Assembly: GCF_016127575.1 (NCBI RefSeq)
Contig: NZ_CP066019.1
Coordinates: forward strand, 900,001-932,000
Direction of reading: 5' to 3'
Length of the DNA stretch: 32,000 bases
Origin: Cupriavidus necator
Lineage (GTDB): Bacteria; Pseudomonadota; Gammaproteobacteria; Burkholderiales; Burkholderiaceae
Shown: positions 1 to 8,170 of the stretch, in pieces
Numbering within the stretch: the first letter of the stretch is position 1
Layout: every line of letters starts with the position of its first letter
Position numbers and translations under genes: made by a program
Notes under the pieces: model-generated
Databases searched by the model: none
What the model was told of the DNA's origin: nothing
Seen by the model: only the letters and a program-made list of their open reading frames with translations

Positions 1-657
1 CTGCCGCACGTACGCCGCCAGCGCCTTGACCTCATCCGCCTTCAAGCCGGCAAACGGCGGCATCGGCACCGATCCCCATTTGCCGCTGCTGCCGCCGCGG
101 ATGCTGGCTTCCAGCTTGGCCTGTGCCTGCGCATCGCCCTTGTAGCGGGTGGCGACTTCGTGATAAGCCGGGCCGACCACCTTCTGCGTCACGCTGTGGC
201 AGCTCAGGCAGGCGTTCCTGGCCAGCAGGCCCTGCACGTCCACCGCGGCGGCGGCAGGCGCCGAGGCGGCCGCGGGTGTGGCCGGCGCGGGCTTGCCCGC
301 CTTCTGCGCGATCGCCACGATCTCCGGGTCCTTGATCCTGGCGGAGCCGTAGGCCACCGCGAGGTAGGCGCCGAGCTGCTCGACCTCGCCATCGTCGATC
401 GGCGCACCATAGGCCTGCTGCATTTTCTTCATCTCGGCGGTCCACTGCGTCAGGCTCAGGCCGGGCGGCTGGTAGGAGACGTAGTCGGCCGAATGGCAGA
501 TCGCGCATTTCTGCATGGCGATGCCGTAGCCGGGCAGCTTGGCGGGTTTGAGCTTGACGTTCTCCGCCGGCAGCTTGATGTCCTGGGGGGCCGCGGACGC
601 GCTGCCCGCGCCCAGCAGGGCGAGCGCGAGCAGCACTGGGGTGATGGATCGATGCAT
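1..657 (-). CDS. Dihaem c-type cytochrome: SorB-like N-domain, Ala/Pro linker, cytochrome c551/c552-like C-domain. The 3' end runs off the window, so there is no stop and it is absent from the ORF track.
   Basis: Hand translation of the minus strand from ATG at 657 gives MHRSITPVLLALALLGAGSASAAPQ (signal peptide). Haem motifs CAICH (493-507) and CLSCH (196-210). The C-domain VVGPAYHEVATRYKG...GKWGSVPMPPF resembles Pseudomonas c551. GGAG lies 6 nt upstream. The gene starts 10 nt after the sorA-like stop. Confidence 0.8.
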   Translation of the reverse strand, partial: MHRSITPVLLALALLGAGSASAAPQDIKLPAENVKLKPAKLPGYGIAMQKCAICHSADYVSYQPPGLSLTQWTAEMKKMQQAYGAPIDDGEVEQLGAYLAVAYGSARIKDPEIVAIAQKAGKPAPATPAAASAPAAAAVDVQGLLARNACLSCHSVTQKVVGPAYHEVATRYKGDAQAQAKLEASIRGGSSGKWGSVPMPPFAGLKADEVKALAAYVRQ

Positions 658-667
658 GGTGCGCTCC

Positions 668-1930
668 TCAGGCGATGGTGACCGGCGTGGATTCAATGAC
701 GTTGCGGCGATAGCCGGCCGGGTTCCAGTTGGCCTTGGCGGGCTGCACCTCGCCCTGGACGCTGGTGGCGCGCACCATCAGCACCGCCGGGCCCTTGCGC
801 GCGAACTTCACCGGCAGTTGCCAGGCGCGGAACGAGAAGCGCCCCAGGTCCTGGCCCAGCGTCGCGGCCTGCCAGCTCTGCCCGCCGTCCACCGAGACCT
901 CGACGCCGCGGATGCCGGAGCCGCCATCGAAGGCAATGCCTTTCAGCTCCACCGTGCGCCCGGCGGGCAGCACGCCGCCGGCGCCCACGCTGGTGATGAA
1001 GCTGCGTACCGCCAGCGTCGAGATCGGTCGCGTCTTGCTGGCGGGGGTGCCCGGCGCCACGCATTGGCAGTCGTTATCCGGTACGCGATAGCCCTTGGTC
1101 ATGAAGAACGCATCATGGCCTTCGAACGGGTGGTCCAGCACCTCGATCTCGGACAGGTGTTTGATCCAGTAGGTGCCGAAGTAGCCCGGCACCACCAGCT
1201 TGACGGGGTAGCCGTTGAGCAGCGGCAGGTCTTCGCCGTTCATGCCCCAGGCCAGCATCGGCTCGCCGTTCATGGCATGGGCGATATCGAGCGACTTGCG
1301 GAAGTCCGGCGTGCTCGGCAACACCGGCGTATCCATCCCGTTGAACGTGACCACCTTGGCGCCGGCCTTGACGCCCGCGTGCTCCAGCACCTTGCGCAGC
1401 GGCACGCCGGTCCAGCGCGCATTGCCCATTGCGCCGTTGGCAAGTTGGGCACCGAACACGCGCGGCTCGGAGAAGCCGCGGCTGTTGCCTGAACACTGGT
1501 TCACGGCGACGATGTCCACCGGATCGGCCAGCCGCTTCAGTTCATCGAGCGACAGCTTCAGCGGCTTGTTGACGTGGCCGCCGACCGTCAGGCGGAAGGT
1601 GGCAAGGTCTACAGACAGCGGAATGTTGGCCAGGTGGTAGCGCACGAAGAAGGCGTCGTTGGCGGTGATCGGCCCCTCGTTGAACGCGGAGAAGGGCGTC
1701 TCAAGGTGTGGCGGCCGGGTGCTGACGCGCACCAGCGGGCGCTTGCCCGGATAGCGCACCAGCGGGCGGGGGCCGTCGGCCAGCGTGACGCCGTCGCTGA
1801 TGCGCGCGGCCAGTGCGCCGAGCGGGGTGGCGCCGAGGGCGAGCAGGCCCGCGCCCTGGACGATGCGGCGCCGGGCCGGCAGCGGCTGGGCGGGGTCGGC
1901 AGATTCCGCCGGACTGTTCTTGTCTCGCAT
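668..1930 (-). CDS. sorA: Sulfite dehydrogenase / sulfite:cytochrome c oxidoreductase, molybdopterin subunit (sulfite-oxidase family, Tat-exported)
   Basis: 420-aa ORF with an N-terminal twin-arginine region (LPARRRIVQGAGLLALGA). Sulfite-oxidase-family body (NQCSGNSRGF, GYPVKLVVPGYFGTYWIKHL) and a C-terminal dimerisation-type domain. GAAGGAGA SD before ATG 1930. Followed by a cytochrome c gene. Confidence 0.8.
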   Translation of the reverse strand: MRDKNSPAESADPAQPLPARRRIVQGAGLLALGATPLGALAARISDGVTLADGPRPLVRYPGKRPLVRVSTRPPHLETPFSAFNEGPITANDAFFVRYHLANIPLSVDLATFRLTVGGHVNKPLKLSLDELKRLADPVDIVAVNQCSGNSRGFSEPRVFGAQLANGAMGNARWTGVPLRKVLEHAGVKAGAKVVTFNGMDTPVLPSTPDFRKSLDIAHAMNGEPMLAWGMNGEDLPLLNGYPVKLVVPGYFGTYWIKHLSEIEVLDHPFEGHDAFFMTKGYRVPDNDCQCVAPGTPASKTRPISTLAVRSFITSVGAGGVLPAGRTVELKGIAFDGGSGIRGVEVSVDGGQSWQAATLGQDLGRFSFRAWQLPVKFARKGPAVLMVRATSVQGEVQPAKANWNPAGYRRNVIESTPVTIA

Positions 1931-2031
1931 GGGGCGTCTCCTTCAGGGGCTTGTTGTGTCTCGCAAGGCGCTATGGCGGGTACTTTGAGGCCGCGGCATC
2001 AACTTGTGAAACGTGTTTTGCTGCTAGCACT

Positions 2032-2048
2032 TATCGATTGAATCGATA
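2032..2048. promoter_or_regulatory. Perfect 17-bp palindrome TATCGATT-G-AATCGATA, a candidate operator in the sorA/permease divergent region
   Basis: Read directly. The 8-bp arms are exact reverse complements. The same 8-mer AATCGATA recurs at 2138-2145. Confidence 0.35.
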
Positions 2049-2084
2049 TAGGGGAAGACCACGGGCGTTCCGCCGAGAAACCGC

Positions 2085-2113
2085 TTGCATCGCGAATTCC
2101 ATTTCCCTACACT
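2085..2113 (+). promoter_or_regulatory. Candidate sigma-70 promoter for the permease operon (TTGCAT-N17-TACACT)
   Basis: -35 TTGCAT at 2085-2090, 17-nt spacer, -10 TACACT at 2108-2113, about 120 nt upstream of ATG 2232. Hexamer match by eye only. Confidence 0.3.
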
Positions 2114-2117
2114 TACC

Positions 2118-2127
2118 AAAACGTTTT
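2118..2127. promoter_or_regulatory. LacI/PurR-type operator candidate (AAAACGTTTT, central CG palindrome)
   Basis: Perfect 10-bp palindrome containing the AAACGTTT core of PurR-type boxes, immediately downstream of the candidate -10. A LacI-family regulator is encoded at 5764-6801. A weaker related site GAAACGTGTTTT lies at 2008-2019. Confidence 0.35.
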
Positions 2128-2231
2128 TGTTTGCGGAAATCGATAATATCTGAGGCGAATTGCGCACAGACGCAGCAAGTGGCTTGCGAGCCACCGGCAC
2201 AAACGCTCACACACCAAACGAGGAGCAAAGC

Positions 2232-3581
2232 ATGTCCCACCCCGCCCCCGCGCCGGTGGATGAACGGCTGCCATGGCGGCGCCTGTTTGTCTTCGGGCTT
2301 CAACACGTACTGGTCATGGCCGCGTCGCCGATCGCGTCCGTCTTCCTGATGAGCAAGGCGCTGAACTTCCCGCCCGCGCTGGCGGTGCAGCTGCTGAGCG
2401 CCACCTTTGTGATCTGCGGCCTCGGCACGCTGTTGCAGTCGCTGGGCAAGCGCGGCATCGGTGCCCGGCTGCCGTTCGTGATGCTGCCCGGCGGCGCCCC
2501 GATCGTGCTGTTTATCCTGATCGCGCAGCAGACCGACGTGCAGACCGCTGCCGGCGCGGTGATCCTGACCGGCGTGTTCTACTTCTGCGTGCTGCCGGTG
2601 TTCCGGCGCTGTCTGCGCTATTTCCCGCCGGTGGTGGTGGGGACGATGCTGCTGCTGGTGGCGATCAACCTGGCGCAGGTATCCGGCAAGCTGGTTGCCG
2701 GCCACCCGGCCGCGGGCAGCACGGTGGACCCGCTCAACCTGCTGCTGGCGTTCGCCACCATTGCCTGCACCGTGGCGGCATCGCGCCTGCTGTCGGGCAT
2801 GCTGGCGCAGCTGGCGATCCTGCTGGGGCTGCTGGGCGGTGCGCTGGTGGCCGGGCTGGCCGGCGCGTTCCAGCCTGGCCATGTGTCGATGTCGCCCGTG
2901 TTCGCGTTGCCCACGCCGTTCCCGTTCGGGTGGCCGCATTTCGATGTGGTGGCGGCAATCCCGCTGATGGTGTTCGCCGTGATCTCGATGGTGGAGGCCA
3001 CCGGCCAGACGCTGGCGATCAGCGATGCCGTGGGCCGGCCGGTTGACCAGCAGCGCGACGTGCCGCGCACCATCCGCGCCGATGCGCTGACTTCGCTGCT
3101 GGGCGGGATGTTCGGCACCTCGCTGATCATCACCAGCGGCGAGAACATCGGCATCGTGCGTGCCACCGGCGTGCGCTCGCGCTTCGTCACGGCGATGTCG
3201 GGCGCGATCCTGGTGGTGTTCGGGCTGCTGGTGCCGGTGTCGTCGCTGATCAGCGCGATTCCCGAGGCCGTGGTCGGCGGTACCGGGCTGGTGGTGTTCT
3301 GCATCGTCGGCACCATGGGCATCGACATGCTGCGCAAGGTGGACCTGCGCGACCACGCCAATATGTACGTGGTGGCCGTGGCGCTGGCCGTGGGCCTGCT
3401 GCCGATCCTGGTGCCCGGCATCTATGGCGGCCTGCCGGCCAATGTGCGCATCCTGGTGGGCAATGGCGTGGCCATGGGGGCCATTACCGCGGCGCTGCTC
3501 AACTTCCTGTTTTTCCATACGGGCCTGCGAGCCGCGGCAGCGGGCGCGGTTGCCCGCGACGATGCCGCCGCCACGCATTGA
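2232..3581 (+). CDS. NCS2/NAT-family nucleobase (purine/xanthine-uracil type) permease
   Basis: Trimmed from ORF 2160-3581 to ATG 2232, which is preceded by GAGGAG. Polytopic membrane protein with NAT signature-like SGENIGIVRATGV and an FGLQHVL start typical of the family. Confidence 0.85.
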   Translation: MSHPAPAPVDERLPWRRLFVFGLQHVLVMAASPIASVFLMSKALNFPPALAVQLLSATFVICGLGTLLQSLGKRGIGARLPFVMLPGGAPIVLFILIAQQTDVQTAAGAVILTGVFYFCVLPVFRRCLRYFPPVVVGTMLLLVAINLAQVSGKLVAGHPAAGSTVDPLNLLLAFATIACTVAASRLLSGMLAQLAILLGLLGGALVAGLAGAFQPGHVSMSPVFALPTPFPFGWPHFDVVAAIPLMVFAVISMVEATGQTLAISDAVGRPVDQQRDVPRTIRADALTSLLGGMFGTSLIITSGENIGIVRATGVRSRFVTAMSGAILVVFGLLVPVSSLISAIPEAVVGGTGLVVFCIVGTMGIDMLRKVDLRDHANMYVVAVALAVGLLPILVPGIYGGLPANVRILVGNGVAMGAITAALLNFLFFHTGLRAAAAGAVARDDAAATH

Positions 3582-3600
3582 CCCGGCTTCCTGAATTGCA

Positions 3601-5049
3601 ATGACTGATCGTTCTGACTCGACGCCGGCCTGGCCCGGCGATACCAACCCGGCCCTGGTGCCGGACAGCTTCAGGCAGCCGCGCATCCTGCTGCCGGAAT
3701 GGACCTTGCTGCGCCAGGGCACGGTACGCGGCCACGCGGTGGTGGTGGAGGGCGGCCGCTTCACGGCAGTGGGCACGGCCGCGGAAGTCGCCGCGCGCTT
3801 CCCCGAGCTGGAAACCCTGCCGCTGCCGCGCATGCTGCTGATGCCCGGCATGATCGACACGCACCACCACCTGACGCAGTCGTTCGGCAAGTCGCTGGTG
3901 TTCGGCGAACCATCGGAGATCTTCCGGCGCGTGTGGGTGCCGCTGGAAGGCAGCCTGAAGGCGGAGCACCTGTACCTGTCGTCCAAGCTGGCGGCGCTGG
4001 AAGCGCTGCGCGGCGGCTTCACCACCGTGGTCGATGCCGGCACGCGCAGCGACGCCGGGCTGGATGCGGTCGCGCGCGCGGTCGCCGATGCCGGCGTGCG
4101 CTGCGTGCTGGGCCTGATCTGCAACGACAAGCCCGGCGCCGAAACGCTCGACGCCGCGCCGATCCTGCGCCGCGCCGCCGCCCACTTGGACAAGTACGCC
4201 AGCGATCCGCTGGTGGCCCCGTCGCTGGCGATCTCGATTCCCGAGGTGGCCTCCGACGCGATGCTGCACCACGTCTACCAGTTGTGCGCCGAGTCCGGCC
4301 GCATCTTCCAGACCCATGCCAACGAGCACCTGGTGGCGGTGGAGCGCTCGCTCAACGCCTGCGGGCGCCGTCCGATCGAACATCTCGCCGCAGTCGGCGC
4401 ACTGGGTCCGGCGGCACTGCTGGCGCATGCCACGCTGGTGACGCCGCAAGAGATCCGCTTGCTGGCCGACACCGGCAGCGCGGTGGCTTACAACCCCGTG
4501 GCCAGCGCCTGGAAGGGCAACGCCGTGGCACCGGCCGAGACCATGGCTACCTTCGGTGTGCGCCTGGGCCTGGGCACCGATGGCACCCGCAGCGACGGCT
4601 TCCGCCTGCTGGACTATGCCGAGGCCGCCCAGCGCTTCGCCTTCGGCATCGGCGTGGGCGATTCCTCCTGCGGCGCGGGCTGGCGCTGGGTCGACATGGC
4701 CACGCACGACGCGGCCGATGTGGCGGGTCTCGGTGCGCTCACCGGCGAGATCGCCGCGGGCAAGCGCGCCGACTTCCTGCTGGTCGACCTGGACGTGCCT
4801 GAGCTGACGCCGTCCTGGGACCTGACCTGGGAACTGGTGCGCCTGGCCAACCGCGACCAGATCCGCGCGGTCTTTGTCGATGGCAGCCTGCGCCTGTGGC
4901 AGGGCTGGCCCACGGACTGGGACGCACGCGCGCTGATGCGGGCGATCCACGCCATGGCCGAGGACACCGTCGCCAACGCCCCGATCCGCAAGCTGCATGA
5001 AGCCGCGGACGTGCACCGAGTCCGCCATGCCGGCACGGAGGCATCCTGA
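3601..5049 (+). CDS. Amidohydrolase-superfamily enzyme (TRZ/ATZ / SsnA / guanine- or 8-oxoguanine-deaminase-like); substrate unknown
   Basis: 482-aa ORF with metal-ligand motifs PGMIDTHHHL (HxH), FQTHANEH, LAHATLV and LGTDG. Lies 19 nt after the nucleobase permease. Confidence 0.75.
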   Translation: MTDRSDSTPAWPGDTNPALVPDSFRQPRILLPEWTLLRQGTVRGHAVVVEGGRFTAVGTAAEVAARFPELETLPLPRMLLMPGMIDTHHHLTQSFGKSLVFGEPSEIFRRVWVPLEGSLKAEHLYLSSKLAALEALRGGFTTVVDAGTRSDAGLDAVARAVADAGVRCVLGLICNDKPGAETLDAAPILRRAAAHLDKYASDPLVAPSLAISIPEVASDAMLHHVYQLCAESGRIFQTHANEHLVAVERSLNACGRRPIEHLAAVGALGPAALLAHATLVTPQEIRLLADTGSAVAYNPVASAWKGNAVAPAETMATFGVRLGLGTDGTRSDGFRLLDYAEAAQRFAFGIGVGDSSCGAGWRWVDMATHDAADVAGLGALTGEIAAGKRADFLLVDLDVPELTPSWDLTWELVRLANRDQIRAVFVDGSLRLWQGWPTDWDARALMRAIHAMAEDTVANAPIRKLHEAADVHRVRHAGTEAS

Positions 5050-5051
5050 CC

Positions 5052-5759
5052 ATGGACATGACGTTGTTCAGCGTCGGCGTGGCGGTCTTTACCGGCGCGC
5101 TGGTCCAGGGTGCGACCGGCATGGGCTTCGCGCTGATCGTGGTGCCGGTGCTGGCGCTGGCCGCGCCGGCAATGCTGCCCGGCGCGCTGCTGCTGGCGAT
5201 GCTGCCGCTCAACGCCTATGTGGCCTGGCGCGAACGCCATGCCATCGATATGCGCGGGGCCGGCTGGATCAGCGCCGGGCGGCTGGCCGGCACCTTCGGC
5301 GGGCTGTGGGTGCTGGTGGCGATGCCGATGGCATGGCTCAACGCGCTGGTCGGCGGCAGCACCATTGCCGCAGCGGTGGTGTCATTGCTGGCGCCGGCCT
5401 TTACGCCGGGGCGGCTGACCTTTGCCTCGACCGGCCTGATCACCGGCGTGACCGAGACCGCAACCGGTGTCGGCGGCCCGCCGCTGGCGCTGGCCTACCA
5501 GCATGCGCCGGTCGCGACGCTGCGCGCCACCGTGGCGCTGTGCTTCCTGGTCGGTGAAGCGATCTCGCTGGTGGTGCTGGCGCTGAGCGACCGGCTCGGC
5601 ATGGAGCAGGTGCTCTATGCCATCGGGCTGCTGCCGGTGCTGATGGTCGGCATGGTGGCCAGCCACCTGGTGCACAAGCGCATCAACCAGCGCATGCTGC
5701 GCATCGGCGTGCTGGTGTTTGCGCTGGTTTCCGGTGCGGTGGTGCTGCTGCGCGGTTAG
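5052..5759 (+). CDS. TSUP (TauE/SafE, DUF81) family membrane transporter
   Basis: 235-aa hydrophobic ORF. N-terminal GALVQGATGMGFALIVVPVL and a repeated GVGGPPLAL motif typical of TauE/SafE. Starts 2 nt after the upstream stop. Confidence 0.8.
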   Translation: MDMTLFSVGVAVFTGALVQGATGMGFALIVVPVLALAAPAMLPGALLLAMLPLNAYVAWRERHAIDMRGAGWISAGRLAGTFGGLWVLVAMPMAWLNALVGGSTIAAAVVSLLAPAFTPGRLTFASTGLITGVTETATGVGGPPLALAYQHAPVATLRATVALCFLVGEAISLVVLALSDRLGMEQVLYAIGLLPVLMVGMVASHLVHKRINQRMLRIGVLVFALVSGAVVLLRG

Positions 5760-5763
5760 TGTC

Positions 5764-6801
5764 CTAGACGCCTGGCGTGGACGATGCCCGCACCACCAGT
5801 TCGGGCGCGGGCCCGGTGATCACGTCGCGGCTGCGGTCGCCGGACAGGTGTGCGAACAGCAGCTCCACGGCCAGCGATGCCACGCGCTCCAGGTGCAGGT
5901 TGACCGCGGTGATCGGCGGCTGCGCGCTGCGGGCGCGGATGCCGTCATAGCGCGTCACCACCAGCACATCGTCGGGCACGTGCTTGCCCAGCGCTTGCAG
6001 GTGGGCCATGGCGCCCACCGCAAACGCATCCACCGGCGCGCACAGCGCATCGAGCGCCGGCATCTGCGCCAGCAATTGCGCGCAGGCGTCGGCGCCCGCG
6101 GCTTCGCCGTGTTCCTCGGCTGCCTTGACGATATGGCAGGGCAGGCCCATTGCCTGCGTGAACTCGCGGTAAGCGCGTTCGGTTTCCACATACGACTGGC
6201 GCGGCGCCGCGCCGATCATCAGGCCGATATGCCGGCGCCCGTGCCCGTGCAAGTGCGCCAGCAGCAGCCGGGCGGTGTCGGCCGATTGCAGGTCGACGCA
6301 AGGCACCGGCGTGTCGGTCAGCGGCTCGCGTCCGATCGACACGATGCTGACGCCGCGCTCGCGCAGCCGCGCGATATGTGGGTCGCCCGCAATCGGCTCG
6401 ATCACGATCGCGCCGTCGATATCCAATGTATCGAGCAGGCCCCCCGCGCCTTCCAGCGGTGGCACCAGCACCACGCCCAGGCCGCGCCCCATTGCCGCCT
6501 CGGCGGCAATCGCCGCCACTTCCATCATGAAGCCGAGCCGCGATGTGCCGCCCGCCACCGCGAATGGCATCGACGACAACAGCGCGATGCAGTTGGCGCG
6601 GCCCGACTGCAGCCGCTGCGCGCGCACGCTGGGACGGTAGCCCAGCTCGGCGGCAACGCGCTTGACGCGCGCACGCGTGGCCGGGTCCAGCACGCCACGG
6701 TCGTTCAGCGCGTGCGACACCGTGGTCAGCGACACGCCGGCGGCGCGGGCGACGTCATGGATGGTGATGCGGCGAGGGCGGTCTGGCGTGGATTCGGTCA
6801 T
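5764..6801 (-). CDS. LacI-family transcriptional regulator
   Basis: Trimmed from the 507-aa ORF to ATG 6801. MTESTPDRPRRITIHDVARAAGVSLTTVSHALN is a classic LacI HTH, followed by a periplasmic-binding-protein-like domain. Convergent with the TSUP gene; stops are 4 nt apart. Confidence 0.85.
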   Translation of the reverse strand: MTESTPDRPRRITIHDVARAAGVSLTTVSHALNDRGVLDPATRARVKRVAAELGYRPSVRAQRLQSGRANCIALLSSMPFAVAGGTSRLGFMMEVAAIAAEAAMGRGLGVVLVPPLEGAGGLLDTLDIDGAIVIEPIAGDPHIARLRERGVSIVSIGREPLTDTPVPCVDLQSADTARLLLAHLHGHGRRHIGLMIGAAPRQSYVETERAYREFTQAMGLPCHIVKAAEEHGEAAGADACAQLLAQMPALDALCAPVDAFAVGAMAHLQALGKHVPDDVLVVTRYDGIRARSAQPPITAVNLHLERVASLAVELLFAHLSGDRSRDVITGPAPELVVRASSTPGV

Positions 6802-6860
6802 GCGGGACACGGGCGATGGTTCAGGGCGGAGCATACAACAGCGCGCGGCAAGGGGCAGGC

Positions 6861-7796
6861 TCAGCGGCGCGCGTTGGCACCGCCAGCTTCGGACGACAGC
6901 GCTTTCCAGTGTTCGCGCGTGAACCGATAGAGCACCTCCAGCGCCGGCGACAGCGAGCGCGCCGCCATGCGTGCAATGCCATAGCGGCCGCAGCGGCGCG
7001 GATCGGGCGGCATCGGCACTTCGGCCATCAGCCCCGCGGCGCGCTCCTGCCGCGTGATCGAGAGTACGCCGAACAGCAGCGTATCGCTGGCCAGCGTCAC
7101 GCTGCGCAGCATGTCGAGGTTGTCGCAATGCAGGGTGAAGAGCTTGTCCGGCGCGGCGCCCGGCCCCCATAGCTCCGCCAGTTGCCGGCTGATGACGGTG
7201 CTGAGCGTGGTGGTTGCCACCGGGTAGGCGCGGATGGTCTCGATATCGATGCGGCGCTTGCGCAGGATCGGATGCCCGGCGCGGCATACAAGACCTGCGG
7301 GCAATTCACCCAGTGGCTCCACGTCGATGTCGTCGGCCGCACGCAGCACATAGGCATCGCCGACGATGGCGTCGATGGTCTCGTTGCGCAGGGCCTCCAG
7401 CAGGGCGCTGGTGGCGCCGCTCTCGGTGCGCACCTTGATGCGCGCGTGGGCCTGCGCCATGTGGATCAGGAACGGCGTCAGCAGCAGCGCCGCCGGCGCG
7501 GGCGCCACCCCGATCGTCAGCGAGCCTTCCTCGGCGCCGCGCAGCAGGTCCAGGTCGCGCCGCAACTGGCGTTCTTCCAGCCGCATGCGGCGCGCGCGTT
7601 CGGCCACCAGTTCGCCGAACACCGTCAGGCGCGCGCGCCGCGCGCCGCGGTCAAAGAGCGGCGCCTTGAGTTCGTCTTCCAGCGCGCGGATGCTGCGGCT
7701 CAGCGCCGGCTGGGTCAGGTGCACGGCACGGGCCGCTTCGGAGAACGTGCCGTGCTCGACCACGGCGAGCAGGTGCAGAAGTTTCTGTGTGTCCAT
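6861..7796 (-). CDS. LysR-family transcriptional regulator (alternative start at 7808)
   Basis: MDTQKLLHLLAVVEHGTFSEAARAVHLTQPALSRSIRALE is a LysR HTH. Divergent from the DUF3311-SSS operon. Neither candidate start has a clear SD. Confidence 0.85.
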   Translation of the reverse strand: MDTQKLLHLLAVVEHGTFSEAARAVHLTQPALSRSIRALEDELKAPLFDRGARRARLTVFGELVAERARRMRLEERQLRRDLDLLRGAEEGSLTIGVAPAPAALLLTPFLIHMAQAHARIKVRTESGATSALLEALRNETIDAIVGDAYVLRAADDIDVEPLGELPAGLVCRAGHPILRKRRIDIETIRAYPVATTTLSTVISRQLAELWGPGAAPDKLFTLHCDNLDMLRSVTLASDTLLFGVLSITRQERAAGLMAEVPMPPDPRRCGRYGIARMAARSLSPALEVLYRFTREHWKALSSEAGGANARR

Positions 7797-7829
7797 GCGG
7801 AAAACCATGCGCGTTGGTTATGGGAGCGG

Positions 7830-7848
7830 TTCAACATTTGCATTTGAA
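7830..7848. promoter_or_regulatory. Candidate LysR box TTCAA-N9-TTGAA, containing the CATTTG CATTTG direct repeat
   Basis: Read directly in the 155-bp divergent intergenic region between LysR (7796) and the DUF3311 gene (7952). Confidence 0.3.
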
Positions 7849-7951
7849 TCATACCCCCGCGCTCCCTATGATGACCGGAACACAAGAGCGGGCCGGTGAC
7901 AGCACACACGGCGTCCGCCATCCACCGTCCATCGGAAATCGGAGAGACATC

Positions 7952-8158
7952 ATGCTCAAGCTGTTTATCGGCCTAGGCCTGCCGTTTATCGGCGTCATCG
8001 GAATGCTGCCCTGGGTGGCGGCTGTCGAGCGCTTCGTGCTCGGCGTGCCCTTCATCTACGCCTGGATCTTTGCCTGGTTCGTGCTGACCTCCGGCTGCAT
8101 GCTGGCGTGCTGGCTGCTGTTCGACCGCCACGCCGCCGACGCGGCGCATGAAGCCTGA
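7952..8158 (+). CDS. DUF3311-type small membrane protein (accessory subunit of SSS transporters)
   Basis: 68 aa, two hydrophobic helices, LPFIGVIGMLPW...VLGVPFIYAWIFAWFVLTS pattern. GGAGAG SD before ATG 7952. 12 nt upstream of the SSS gene. Confidence 0.7.
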   Translation: MLKLFIGLGLPFIGVIGMLPWVAAVERFVLGVPFIYAWIFAWFVLTSGCMLACWLLFDRHAADAAHEA

Positions 8159-8170
8159 AGGGAGACCACC

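Noticed and set aside
2031-4193. 720-aa minus-strand ORF opposite the permease and amidohydrolase, and a 509-aa one at 3499-5028
   Set aside because: Same shadow-ORF signature (Arg/His/Gln/Gly-rich, no motifs). The + strand genes are well supported.
5764-7287. Extended N-termini offered by the ORF track: LacI as 507 aa, serine hydrolase 12706-14679 as 657 aa, hydratase from 27511, SsuA-like from 29733, GntR to 21960, DctP from 25214
   Set aside because: The extensions overlap neighbouring genes or a terminator, are low complexity, and have internal ATGs with SD sequences or start/stop coupling that give family-typical N-termini. The features were trimmed accordingly.
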